NCBI GenBank assembly: GCA_965214405.1
Contig: OZ243956.1
Location: 3,136,001-3,200,000, forward strand
Reading direction: 5' to 3'
DNA length: 64,000 bases
Source: Trueperaceae bacterium
GTDB taxonomy: Bacteria > Deinococcota > Deinococci > Deinococcales > Trueperaceae
Position 1 is the stretch's first letter. The number at the start of each line of letters is the position of its first letter. A program made the position numbers and the translations under genes. The notes beneath the pieces were generated by a model that saw nothing but the letters and a program-made list of their open reading frames with translations, had not been told where the DNA came from and did no database searches. This document shows positions 38,457 through 48,067 of this stretch, one piece after another.

Positions 38457-39692
38457 ATGAAACGTGTCGTGATTACAGGTCTTGGTCCGGTTACCCCCAT
38501 CGGCGTGGGCGCGGCTGAGTTTTTGGCGGGCCAGCACGAGGCGCGCAACGGCGTCCGGCCCATCTCCCGCTTTGACGCCGAAGAGCTAAGCCTAAGCGTC
38601 ACCTTTGCGGGCGAGGTTGACGTGGACATTGCCGATTACATTGACCGCAAGGAAGCCAAACGCATTGACCGCTACGTTCAGTTGGCGCTGATCGGCGCTG
38701 ATTTAGCTTTGGAGGACTCAGGTCTAAGCCCCGACGAGATTGCGGGTGAGGGGACGGGTACGTGTGTGGGCTCAGGCGTGGGCGGGTTAGAAACCTGGGA
38801 GGCGCAGTCCATCCCCCGTTTCGAGCGCGGCCCCATGCGGATGAGTCCTTTTTTTATCCCGATGATGATCGCCAACATGGCCGCGGGTCACGTGGCGATG
38901 CGCTACAACCTGCAAGGGCCGAGCAATTCCGTCGTCACCGCCTGCACCACGGGGGCCGCCGCCATCGGCGACGCGTTCCGGACCCTCCAACGCGGCGAGG
39001 CGCAGGTCATGTTCGCGGGCGGCTCGGACGCCTGCATCACCCCGATGGGCGTGGGCGGTTTCGCGGTCATGAAGGCGCTCAGTACCCGCAACGACTCGCC
39101 CGAAACCGCCTCCCGCCCCTTTACCGCCTCGCGCGACGGCTTTGTCATGAGCGAGGGCGCGGGCATCGTGGTGTTGGAAGAGTTTGAACACGCCAAGAAG
39201 CGCGGCGCGCACATCTACGGTGAGGTCATAGGCTTCGGCACCTCCGCCGACGCGCACCACATCACCTCGCCCGCCCCGGAGGGCGCGGGCATCGTGCGCT
39301 GCGTGAACTGGGCGTTAAAGTCAGCCGGGATTGACGCGGACAAGATCGGCTACGTCAACGCCCACGCGACGAGCACCCCGGCGGGCGACCGTAACGAGAC
39401 GGTGGGCCTAAAAAGGGTGTTCGGCGGCAAAGACAAAGTCCCACCCGTATCCACCACCAAGTCAATGACCGGGCACATGCTGGGCGCGGCGGGCAGCGTC
39501 GAGGCGATTGCGAGCGTTCAGGCCATCGACACCTGCGTGCTGCCGCCCACGCGCAACTACATCGATCCCGACCCCGAGCTGGACCTCGACTACATCCCCA
39601 ACGAGGCGAGGGAGGCAAGGGTAGACTACGTTTTGTCCACCAACTTCGCCTTTGGCGGCCAGAACGCCGCACTGGTTTTTAAGCGCGTGTAA
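38457..39692 (+). CDS. fabF: 3-oxoacyl-ACP synthase II
   Basis: RVVITGLG, TAC, NAHATST, KSMTGHMLG and FAFGGQN motifs. Confidence 0.95.
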   Translation: MKRVVITGLGPVTPIGVGAAEFLAGQHEARNGVRPISRFDAEELSLSVTFAGEVDVDIADYIDRKEAKRIDRYVQLALIGADLALEDSGLSPDEIAGEGTGTCVGSGVGGLETWEAQSIPRFERGPMRMSPFFIPMMIANMAAGHVAMRYNLQGPSNSVVTACTTGAAAIGDAFRTLQRGEAQVMFAGGSDACITPMGVGGFAVMKALSTRNDSPETASRPFTASRDGFVMSEGAGIVVLEEFEHAKKRGAHIYGEVIGFGTSADAHHITSPAPEGAGIVRCVNWALKSAGIDADKIGYVNAHATSTPAGDRNETVGLKRVFGGKDKVPPVSTTKSMTGHMLGAAGSVEAIASVQAIDTCVLPPTRNYIDPDPELDLDYIPNEAREARVDYVLSTNFAFGGQNAALVFKRV

Positions 39693-39711
39693 AGCTAAAG
39701 GATTGGATACT

Positions 39712-39747
39712 GAGGCGCGGTCAGTTATGCTGGCCGCGTTTCCTTTT
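39712..39747 (+). terminator. Intrinsic terminator after fabF
   Basis: GCGCGGTCAG-ttatg-CTGGCCGCGT followed by TTCCTTTT. Confidence 0.6.
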
Positions 39748-39780
39748 GAGTTAGACTGAGGCCTTTACAGGAGGCCGCAC

Positions 39781-41607
39781 ATGAGTAAAGGACGCATCCC
39801 CCTAGAAGAACTCGCCAGTTTGCCTAAGGTTGCCGCGCTCAACCCGTCTTACAGCCGCGACAAGGTCGGCTTTTATGGTGACAAGACCGGGCGTTTCGAG
39901 CTTTACACGCTGGATTTGACCACGCGCGAGACGCGCCAGATTTCCCACGGCGAGGTGCCCAAGGGACTGCGGGCAGGCTTTTCTTGGACTCGAGACGACG
40001 CCTCCATCATCTTCGTCAAAGACAAAGACGGCGACGAGCAGAACAACCTCTTTCGGATAGACGTTTCTACGAACAAAGTGGAGCAGCTTGACGACTCCCC
40101 GAAGAGTCAGGAGTACGCGGGTCAGGTCGCGCCGGACGGGCGGCATCTGGCAGTGATGAGCAACCGCGAGGGGCAGATGAACGTTTACAAATTTGATTTG
40201 GAGACGCTCGAGTGGCAACCCCTCACCCATTTCGACGCTCCTGCCTATGCGGGCAAATGGAGCCCCGACGGTGACTGGTTGGCGGTTGTGAGCAACGAGT
40301 TGGACAACCTGACCAACCAAGACGGGTACTTGGTCAAGGCGGACGGCTCCGAGACCGAAAAGGTTTTGAGTGTGAGTGTTGGCTCGCAGGACTCCTTAGA
40401 CGACTGGCACCCGGACGGTAAACGCTTGGCCGTCACCTCCGACGCGTCGGGCTCGAGCCGCCCCGGCATCCTCGATTTGGACACGGGCGAAGTGCGCTGG
40501 CTGGGTGAGGCGGGGGTGGAGGAGTACGCGCAGGAGTTCTCAGAAGACGGGACGCTGCTCCTCACCATGCGCAATCACGAGGCGTCGGTCAAGCCGGTGC
40601 TTTATGAAGTCCAAACGGGTGAGGCGCGCGAGCTTGACCTGCCCGAGGGGGTGACGGGGAGCGCCTTTTTTGTGCTGGATGACAGCAAGTTGCTGGTGCA
40701 GCACTCGAGCCCCGACCGGCGCGCGGACGTGCTGCTTTACGACCTCGAGACGGGCAACACTGAAGTCTTGATGGCTGCCGAGTACGGCTCGATTGACCCC
40801 GATTTGTTTGTAGGCGACGAGTACGTCCGCTATCCCTCGTTCGACGCTCAGGAGGTGCCCGCGCTCCTCTACAAACCGGACGGTATCCGTGAGGATGACA
40901 AGCTGCCCGCGCTGGTGATGGTCCACGGCGGCCCGACTTGGCAATATTTCCGCGGCTTCGACACCTACGCGCAGTTTTTGGTGGACCAGGGTTACGTGGT
41001 GTTGCAGCCCAACATCCGCGGCTCAACGGGCTACGGCGTCGCTTGGCGCGACGCCAACATCAAAGACTGGGGCGGCGGTGATCTGGAGGACGTGGCGGCG
41101 GGTGCGGAATATCTTAAAACACTTCCCTTTGTGGACTCTGAACGCATCGGCATCTTCGGCGGTTCCTTCGGCGGCTTTATGAGCTTCTTGGCGGTGGTGA
41201 AAAAGCCCGACCTGTTCAAAGTCGGCGTGCCTTGGATTGGGATTACCGACCTGCACAAGCTTTTTGAAGAGGACATGGAGCACTTCAAGTATTACTTCCG
41301 CCAGCAGATGGGCGACCCGGAGGAGAATTACGACCTGTGGCGCGACCGGAGCGCGGTTACGCACGCGAACAAGCTTCAAGCCAAGCTCCTCATCCTCCAC
41401 GGCACGAACGACCCGCGCTGTCCTGTATCGCAGGCGCGCGTGTTCCGGGACAAAATCGTCGCCAACGGCAAACGCGAGGGCCGGAATCCTGAAGACGACT
41501 TCGAGTACCACGAGTTCGACGACGAGGGGCACGGGCCGTCGGGGGATATTCAGGGGACGATTCGGACGTACAGGCTGCTGGCGGACTTTCTGGAGCGGCG
41601 GCTTTAG
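39781..41607 (+). CDS. S9 family peptidase (prolyl oligopeptidase/acylaminoacyl peptidase)
   Basis: Beta-propeller N-terminus; HGGP, RGSTGYG, GGSFGG, HGTNDPRCP and EGHG motifs. Confidence 0.92.
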   Translation: MSKGRIPLEELASLPKVAALNPSYSRDKVGFYGDKTGRFELYTLDLTTRETRQISHGEVPKGLRAGFSWTRDDASIIFVKDKDGDEQNNLFRIDVSTNKVEQLDDSPKSQEYAGQVAPDGRHLAVMSNREGQMNVYKFDLETLEWQPLTHFDAPAYAGKWSPDGDWLAVVSNELDNLTNQDGYLVKADGSETEKVLSVSVGSQDSLDDWHPDGKRLAVTSDASGSSRPGILDLDTGEVRWLGEAGVEEYAQEFSEDGTLLLTMRNHEASVKPVLYEVQTGEARELDLPEGVTGSAFFVLDDSKLLVQHSSPDRRADVLLYDLETGNTEVLMAAEYGSIDPDLFVGDEYVRYPSFDAQEVPALLYKPDGIREDDKLPALVMVHGGPTWQYFRGFDTYAQFLVDQGYVVLQPNIRGSTGYGVAWRDANIKDWGGGDLEDVAAGAEYLKTLPFVDSERIGIFGGSFGGFMSFLAVVKKPDLFKVGVPWIGITDLHKLFEEDMEHFKYYFRQQMGDPEENYDLWRDRSAVTHANKLQAKLLILHGTNDPRCPVSQARVFRDKIVANGKREGRNPEDDFEYHEFDDEGHGPSGDIQGTIRTYRLLADFLERRL

Positions 41608-41615
41608 GAGGTTGG

Positions 41616-42689
41616 GTGAAAGCTCGAGCCTTAGGCGTTCCCTTTAACGGCTCCCCCGGCCCCTTGAACGCCATCACCGACGTGGCGGGCGTCGAGGTAG
41701 GGCACTGCACGTTGATTTCGGGAGAGGGCGGGCTCGAGGTAGGCAAGGGTCCGGTGCGAACCGGCGTCACCGCCATCCTGCCGCGCGGCAAGGTCTACGA
41801 CCCCTGCTTCGCGGGCTGGTACGCGCTCAACGGCAACGGGGAGATGACGGGGACGACGTGGCTCGAGGAGTCGGGCTTCTTGGAAGGCCCGGTCATGCTC
41901 ACCAACACCCACAGTGTGGGCGCGGTGCGCGACGCGGTGGTGAAGTGGCAGCATCAGCGGGGCTTGTTCGACCCCTTTTACGAGGAGCTGTTTTTTTTGC
42001 TTCCTGTGGTCGCCGAGACTTATGATGGTGTGCTAAACGATATCAACGGTTTCCATGTGAAGGAAACGCACGTATTTGAAGCGTTAGAGGGGGCTTCGGG
42101 TGGCCCCATTGCCGAGGGCAACGTGGGCGGCGGGACGGGCATGATTTGCCACGGGTTCAAAGGCGGGATTGGGACAAGCTCGAGACTTACAGGAGACTAC
42201 ACCGTCGGCGTCTTGGTGCAAGCCAACTACGGTCTCAAAAGTCAACTCACCATCGCGGGCGTGCCTGTGGGGCGGGAGATTGGGGAGCTCGAGCAGCGTG
42301 GACCTGAAAACGGCTCCATCATCGCCGTCGTCGCCACCGACGCGCCGCTGCTGCCGCACCAGTTGAAACGCCTGGCGCGGCGCGCACCCTTGGGCGTCGC
42401 CCGCATGGGCGGCGTGGGCGGCAACGGCTCGGGCGACATCTTCCTCGCCTTCTCAACACATAACGCGGGCGCGGCGCGGCGTGCGGGTTTAGCCGACGTG
42501 ACGATGCTCCCCAACGACCAAATGGACGGCCTTTTTACCGCGACGGTCGAGGCCACGGAGGAAGCCATCGTCAACGCCCTCACCGCCGCCGAGACGATGA
42601 CGGGGCGGGACGGCGTGACCGTTTACGCGCTCCCGCATGAACGTCTGCGCGAAATTTTGAGGGGGTATGGGCGGCTCGAGACACCTTAA
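41616..42689 (+). CDS. DmpA-like P1 family aminopeptidase
   Basis: NAITDVAGV.VGH, NGNGEMTG, NVGGGTGM...FKGGIG and the G-S autocleavage site (NGSII). Confidence 0.9.
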   Translation: MKARALGVPFNGSPGPLNAITDVAGVEVGHCTLISGEGGLEVGKGPVRTGVTAILPRGKVYDPCFAGWYALNGNGEMTGTTWLEESGFLEGPVMLTNTHSVGAVRDAVVKWQHQRGLFDPFYEELFFLLPVVAETYDGVLNDINGFHVKETHVFEALEGASGGPIAEGNVGGGTGMICHGFKGGIGTSSRLTGDYTVGVLVQANYGLKSQLTIAGVPVGREIGELEQRGPENGSIIAVVATDAPLLPHQLKRLARRAPLGVARMGGVGGNGSGDIFLAFSTHNAGAARRAGLADVTMLPNDQMDGLFTATVEATEEAIVNALTAAETMTGRDGVTVYALPHERLREILRGYGRLETP

Positions 42690-42799
42690 AGATTCGCACA
42701 CACCACGCACCTCACAAACGGGCTAAATACCGGCGTGTGCTAAAATGTCCCATGTTGCTACCTTTAACTTTTGCTTTGACGTGTTCATGGTGAGGATTC

Positions 42800-44209
42800 A
42801 TGGACGCTTTTGAGTTGACCTTGAACGGCAGCGTAGAGCGCGTGACGGGCGTGCCCCCTACGGTGACGCTGCTCGAGTACCTCCGCCACACCGGACGCGT
42901 CGGCACCAAAGAGGGCTGCGCCGAGGGTGATTGCGGCGCTTGCACCGTGGCGGTAGTGGGGGAGAATGCGGACGGGAAAGCGTGCTATCAGGCGGTGGAT
43001 TCTTGCATCGCCCCTCTCGCCGCCTTTGCCGGGCGCGAGGTGGTGACGGTTGAGGGTTTGGCCTCAGACTCAAAAACGCTCCACCCCGTTCAGGAGGCGA
43101 TGGTCAGGACCGGCGGCTCGCAGTGCGGCTACTGCACGCCGGGTTTTGTGATGAGCCTCTTCGCCGCCTACTACGGCGGTCACGCGGGTGACGGTGCGGT
43201 AGAGGGCAATCTCTGCCGCTGCACGGGTTACCTGCCCATCCGGCGGGCGGCGCGGTCACTGCCCCAGCCTCAACCGGATGACCCGTTCTTGACGGCGTTG
43301 GAGGGGGCTCGAGCCTCTGACGCCTCACGTTCTTATGCGTTTAACGGTCAGTATTTTTTTCTCCCTGTGACTTTAGAAGAGGTTTTCGACCTGCTTGCCA
43401 AGCATCCCGAAGCCGTCCTCATCGCAGGCGCGACGGATTTGGGCGTCGAAATTAACAAATTCCACCGTCAGCCGCGGGTGATGGTGTCGCTCGAGCACGT
43501 CGCAGAACTAAAAAGGGTAGAAAACACCCCCGCCTATGTAGAAGTCGGCGCGGCGGTGCCACTAACGCTACTGGAGGAGGGGCTGCGCGGCCTCTTCCTG
43601 GCTTTGGACGAAATGCTCCGCTGGTTCGCCGCGCGGCAGATTCGCAACCGGGCAACCTTGGGAGGCAACCTCGCCACGGCCTCGCCTATTGGCGATTTGC
43701 CCCCGGTGCTGATGGCCTTGGATGCTGAGTTGCGGCTCGAGAGCGCAGCAGGGGGACGGTGGGTGAGTGTCTCGAGCTTTTTCAAGGACTACCGTAAAAC
43801 CGACTTGAGACCGGGCGAAGTCATCAGAAGCGTCCGCATCCCCAAGAATTTGCCCGCGGGCGCAGCGCGGCGGCTTAGCCAGGCTTACAAAGTCGGCAAG
43901 CGCGGCACCGACGACATCAGCATCGTGGCGGCGGCGTTCGTGGTGGATTTGGATAGTAACGAGCGGGTGGTGAGCGCGCGGTTGGCTTACGGCGGCGTGG
44001 CGGCGACGCCTGTGCGGGCGCTGGAGGTTGAGAAGCGTCTTGTGGGCAAGGCCTGGAACGTGGAGACGGTGCACGGGGTGAAGAGGGAGTTAGGGCGCGC
44101 CTTCACCCCCATCAGCGACCTCCGCGGCTCGGCGGCGTACCGTCAGAAGCTCGTCGTCAACCTGTTTGAAAAATTCTTCTTTGAGACCGCCCAGGAGGTG
44201 CGCGCATGA
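42800..44209 (+). CDS. xdhA: Xanthine dehydrogenase small subunit (2Fe-2S + FAD)
   Basis: GTKEGCAEGDCGAC, QCGYCTPGF, GNLCRCTGY and ASPIGD motifs. Confidence 0.92.
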   Translation: MDAFELTLNGSVERVTGVPPTVTLLEYLRHTGRVGTKEGCAEGDCGACTVAVVGENADGKACYQAVDSCIAPLAAFAGREVVTVEGLASDSKTLHPVQEAMVRTGGSQCGYCTPGFVMSLFAAYYGGHAGDGAVEGNLCRCTGYLPIRRAARSLPQPQPDDPFLTALEGARASDASRSYAFNGQYFFLPVTLEEVFDLLAKHPEAVLIAGATDLGVEINKFHRQPRVMVSLEHVAELKRVENTPAYVEVGAAVPLTLLEEGLRGLFLALDEMLRWFAARQIRNRATLGGNLATASPIGDLPPVLMALDAELRLESAAGGRWVSVSSFFKDYRKTDLRPGEVIRSVRIPKNLPAGAARRLSQAYKVGKRGTDDISIVAAAFVVDLDSNERVVSARLAYGGVAATPVRALEVEKRLVGKAWNVETVHGVKRELGRAFTPISDLRGSAAYRQKLVVNLFEKFFFETAQEVRA

Positions 44210-46530
44210 GTAAAGCCAGAAGCCACGAGAGCGCGGCGGGCCACGTGAGTGGGTCAGCGGTCTACACTGACGACCAGCGCCGCCCTATGGGGATGCTCTC
44301 GGCCCATCCGGTGCTCTCGCCTCATGCGCGGGCGCGCATCACCAAACTCGACGTTTCGGGTGCTGGTAAGCTTCCCGGCGTCGTCACCACGCTGACGGCT
44401 GAGGACGTGCCGGGCAAGAACGACTCGAGCGCCCACAAAGGCGATGAACCTCTCTTGCCCGCTGACGAGGTTTTCTACTGGGGCCAGCCCGTCGCGTGGG
44501 TGGTGGCTGAGACGGAGGAGGCGGCGCGGCTTGGGGCGGGGGAGGTTGTCGTTGAGTATGAGGCGCTCGAACCCCTCCTAAGTATTGAAGAAGCCATCGA
44601 GACTGGCGCTTTCCACGGCGAGGCGCAGATCATCCGGCGCGGCGACCCGCAGGAAGCCATCAAAGGGGCGGAGAAGAGGCTTGAGGGCGAGCTATTTATC
44701 AACGGCCAAGACCATTTTTACTTAGAAACCCAAACAAGCTGGGCGCTCCCCGACGCCGAGGGCAACATGCAGGTCTACGCCTCGACGCAGCACCCAACCG
44801 AGACGCAAGGGGTCGTCGCTCACGTGCTGGGCGTCCCCAACAGCCGCGTCGTCGTGACCTGCTTACGGATGGGCGGCGGCTTCGGCGGCAAGGAGTCGCA
44901 GGCGAACCCGTGGGCGGCGGTGGCGGCCTTGGCCGCGTTTAAGGCCGGGCGACCCGTGCGCGTGCGGCTCGAGCGTGACCAGGACATGGTCATGACGGGC
45001 AAGCGGCACCCCTTCTTGGGGCGCTACCGGGTGGGCTTTACGCGGGAGGGGGTGTTGGGGGGGCTCGAGGTCTCCCTCACCAGCGACGGCGGCTGGAGCA
45101 GCGATTTGTCCTTGCCCGTCATGGGCCGCGCGATGTTTCACATCGACAACTGCTACTTTGTGCCGCATTTGGAAGTTGTGGGCCGCGTCGCCAAAACGAA
45201 CAAAACCTCCCAGACGGCCTTTCGTGGCTTCGGCGGACCCCAGGGGATGCTGGTTATTGAGGAGATTATGGACCGCGTCGCCCGCACGCTGGGCTTACCG
45301 CCCGAGAAGGTGCGTGAGCGTAATTTCTATCGCGGGGCGGGTGAGACCAACACCACCCACTACGGCCAAGGAATTGTCGACAACCGCATCCAGCGCGTGT
45401 GGGACGAGGTGCGGGCGAACGCGGAGGTTGAGGGGCGGCGCGAAGAGGTGGCGCGCTTCAACGCCGCCGACCCCCACAAAAAGCGCGGTTTAGCCCTCAC
45501 GCCCGTCAAGTTTGGCATCTCGTTTACCAACACGCCGATGAACCAGGCGGGGGCGCTCCTGCTCATCTATTTGGACGGCAGCATTCAGCTCAACCACGGC
45601 GGCACCGAGATGGGGCAGGGGCTCCATACAAAAATGCTGGCGGTGGCTGCGCGCTCGCTTGGCGTGTCCGCGGCGCGCTTCCGGCAGATGCCCACCGCCA
45701 CCGACAAAGTGCCCAACACCTCGCCGACGGCGGCGAGTAGCGGCTCGGACCTTAACGGCGGGGCGGTCAAGAACGCGTGTGAGACGTTGAAGGGGCGTCT
45801 GGCCGGGGTGGCCGCGAAAATGCTGGGGCTCAACGGACCCGAGGAACTGGTTTTTGAAGACGACTGGGTTTTTTCTCCTGGTGCGCCGGGGGAGCGAATT
45901 TCATTCGAGGCGGTGGTGAAGCGGGCGTACATTGAGCAAATCTCGCTCTCCGCCACGGGCTACTACCGCACGCCCAACCTCCACTATGATTTGGAAAAGG
46001 GACGAGGCCGCCCCTTCCACTACTACGCCTTTGGCGCGGCGGTGAGCGAGGTCGAGGTAGACGGCTTTACGGGCGCGTTTAAGCTCAAGCGGGTGGACAT
46101 CGTTCACGACGTGGGCGAGTCGCTAAACCCGCTCGTAGACCAGGGTCAAATCGAGGGCGGTTTTGTGCAAGGGCTAGGCTGGCTGACGATGGAGGAGCCC
46201 CTTTGGGACGAGGCGGGGCGTTTCGTGACGAGCGCGCCCTCCACCTACAAAATCCCCACCATTAGCGAAGTGCCTGAGGCGTTTTACGTGAGCCTTTTGG
46301 AGCGCGCCGCACAAGGGAGCGTCGTCTACGGCTCCAAGGCGGTGGGCGAGCCGCCATTTATGCTGGCGCTGTCGGTGCGCGAGGCCGTCCGCGACGCGGT
46401 GGCGGCGTTCGGCAGTGGGGGTGGGGGCGAGGTGCCGCTCGCTTCGCCCGCCACGCCGGAGGCGACGCTTCGGGCGATAGAAAACGTTAGAGAAGCTGCT
46501 GAGATCAAAACACTTGTGCCGGGAGATTAG
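44206..46530 (+). CDS. xdhB: Xanthine dehydrogenase molybdopterin-binding subunit
   Basis: RMGGGFGGKE, AFRGFGGPQG, KFGISFT and SKAVGEPP motifs. Confidence 0.93.
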   Translation: MSKARSHESAAGHVSGSAVYTDDQRRPMGMLSAHPVLSPHARARITKLDVSGAGKLPGVVTTLTAEDVPGKNDSSAHKGDEPLLPADEVFYWGQPVAWVVAETEEAARLGAGEVVVEYEALEPLLSIEEAIETGAFHGEAQIIRRGDPQEAIKGAEKRLEGELFINGQDHFYLETQTSWALPDAEGNMQVYASTQHPTETQGVVAHVLGVPNSRVVVTCLRMGGGFGGKESQANPWAAVAALAAFKAGRPVRVRLERDQDMVMTGKRHPFLGRYRVGFTREGVLGGLEVSLTSDGGWSSDLSLPVMGRAMFHIDNCYFVPHLEVVGRVAKTNKTSQTAFRGFGGPQGMLVIEEIMDRVARTLGLPPEKVRERNFYRGAGETNTTHYGQGIVDNRIQRVWDEVRANAEVEGRREEVARFNAADPHKKRGLALTPVKFGISFTNTPMNQAGALLLIYLDGSIQLNHGGTEMGQGLHTKMLAVAARSLGVSAARFRQMPTATDKVPNTSPTAASSGSDLNGGAVKNACETLKGRLAGVAAKMLGLNGPEELVFEDDWVFSPGAPGERISFEAVVKRAYIEQISLSATGYYRTPNLHYDLEKGRGRPFHYYAFGAAVSEVEVDGFTGAFKLKRVDIVHDVGESLNPLVDQGQIEGGFVQGLGWLTMEEPLWDEAGRFVTSAPSTYKIPTISEVPEAFYVSLLERAAQGSVVYGSKAVGEPPFMLALSVREAVRDAVAAFGSGGGGEVPLASPATPEATLRAIENVREAAEIKTLVPGD

Positions 46531-46554
46531 CCTTTCCCGGTTAGGATAGGGCGT

Positions 46555-47211
46555 ATGGACGTAACTGTAGAAAAACTGCTCGAGTCCCCCTCTTTAGTCC
46601 TCTACCTGCAGAGGCTCGAGGAGGTGCTGGCGCGCGAGCGGGGGGCGCGCGAGCGTTTTTATGAAGAGATGACCGAGGGCGACAAGGTCGAATTTATCAA
46701 CGGCGAGGTCATTGTGCATTCACCCGTTAAAAAGCGCCATAGCGACTGTGTCGGCAGGTTACTCACCTTACTTAGAAGTTACGTTCTACAAAAAGGTTTG
46801 GGGTTTGTTGGTTTTGAGAAAATACTCGTCCAGTTCACCCGCAACGATTACGAACCCGACATCTGCTTTTTCGAGCGGGATAAATCACAATCTTTCACTG
46901 GGGAGCAGATGTTTTTTCCGCCTCCGGATTTTGTCGCCGAGGTGCTTTCACCCAGTACGGCAGGGGTTGACCGCAACATCAAGTTTCAGGATTATGCGGC
47001 GCACGGTGTTAAGGAATACTGGATAGTAGACCCCGACAAGGAGGTGCTCGAGCAGTACCTTTTGTCGGGAACTGCGTTTGAGTTGGCGCAAAAGTCTGCG
47101 TCCGGAACCGTTAAGAGTCCGGTCATCAAAGGGTTTGAGGTTCCGGTAAGGGCGATCTTTGATGACAATGAAAACTTGCGTACGCTTCAAAGCCTTTTGC
47201 TAAGTCAGTAG
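46555..47211 (+). CDS. Uma2 family putative endonuclease
   Basis: EFINGEV..HSP, EPDI, PDFVAEVLSPST...DR..K...Y...GVKEYWIVDP. Confidence 0.9.
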   Translation: MDVTVEKLLESPSLVLYLQRLEEVLARERGARERFYEEMTEGDKVEFINGEVIVHSPVKKRHSDCVGRLLTLLRSYVLQKGLGFVGFEKILVQFTRNDYEPDICFFERDKSQSFTGEQMFFPPPDFVAEVLSPSTAGVDRNIKFQDYAAHGVKEYWIVDPDKEVLEQYLLSGTAFELAQKSASGTVKSPVIKGFEVPVRAIFDDNENLRTLQSLLLSQ

Positions 47212-47212
47212 C

Positions 47213-48013
47213 GTGGTGTGGCTTGACGGTGTCAACCGCTTGAATGAACAGAGGGTTCCCTTTTGCATCGTCACCATCGCTAAGGTGCGCGGTCACGCGC
47301 CGCGCGGGGCGGGGTCTAAAATGCTGGTGACGGCGGGGGAGACGTACGGCAGCGTCGGCGGGGGTAACTTGGAGCAGACTGCGGTAGAGGGGGCTCGAGC
47401 CCTCCTCACTGCTCGATCCAAAGCCCCTGACCTTCTCACTGTGACCTTAAACCCCAAGGGCGGCGACCACGGCGTCCAGTGCTGCGGGGGTGAGGTGACG
47501 TTGCTTTTGGAACCTGTGTACCCTCAAAAGCCGCATGTGGCGATTTTTGGCGCGGGGCATGTGGGCTGGGCGCTAGCGGGGGTGCTGAGTACGCTTCCTG
47601 TAACGGTTCATTTGATTGACTCGAGACCCTTTCAACTTGATGAGACGCGACTTTCTTCCGGAATAGCTGAGGTGAGGCTCGAGCACGCCCCGGTGCCCGA
47701 AACCGCTTTACCCAGCCTCCCTCCCGGCGCGCACATTCTCATTATGACCCACGACCACGCTGAGGACTTGGCCGTCCTTGACTCGGTTTTGCGGCGGGAT
47801 GATTGGGGTTTCGTCGGTCTTATTGGCTCCCAAACCAAGTGGCAGCATTTTCAAGGTGAGCTCAAAAAACAGGGCTTTACGGACGCGGACCTCTCGCGCG
47901 TGACCACGCCCATCGGTCTGCCCGGCGTGCCCGGCAAGAGCCCGCAAGCTATCGCCATCTCGGTAGCGGCGCAGCTTTTGGAGGTTCTGGACTTGCCCGA
48001 CACAAACTTCTGA
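47213..48013 (+). CDS. xdhC: Xanthine dehydrogenase accessory protein
   Basis: GHAPRGAGSKM, QCCGG, FGAGHVG, MTHDHAED and GLIGS motifs. Confidence 0.92.
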   Translation: MVWLDGVNRLNEQRVPFCIVTIAKVRGHAPRGAGSKMLVTAGETYGSVGGGNLEQTAVEGARALLTARSKAPDLLTVTLNPKGGDHGVQCCGGEVTLLLEPVYPQKPHVAIFGAGHVGWALAGVLSTLPVTVHLIDSRPFQLDETRLSSGIAEVRLEHAPVPETALPSLPPGAHILIMTHDHAEDLAVLDSVLRRDDWGFVGLIGSQTKWQHFQGELKKQGFTDADLSRVTTPIGLPGVPGKSPQAIAISVAAQLLEVLDLPDTNF

Positions 48014-48067
48014 GCACGGCTCAAATGTTAGATTGCTGTAACTCCCATCCCGAAAGGTGCTGATGAC

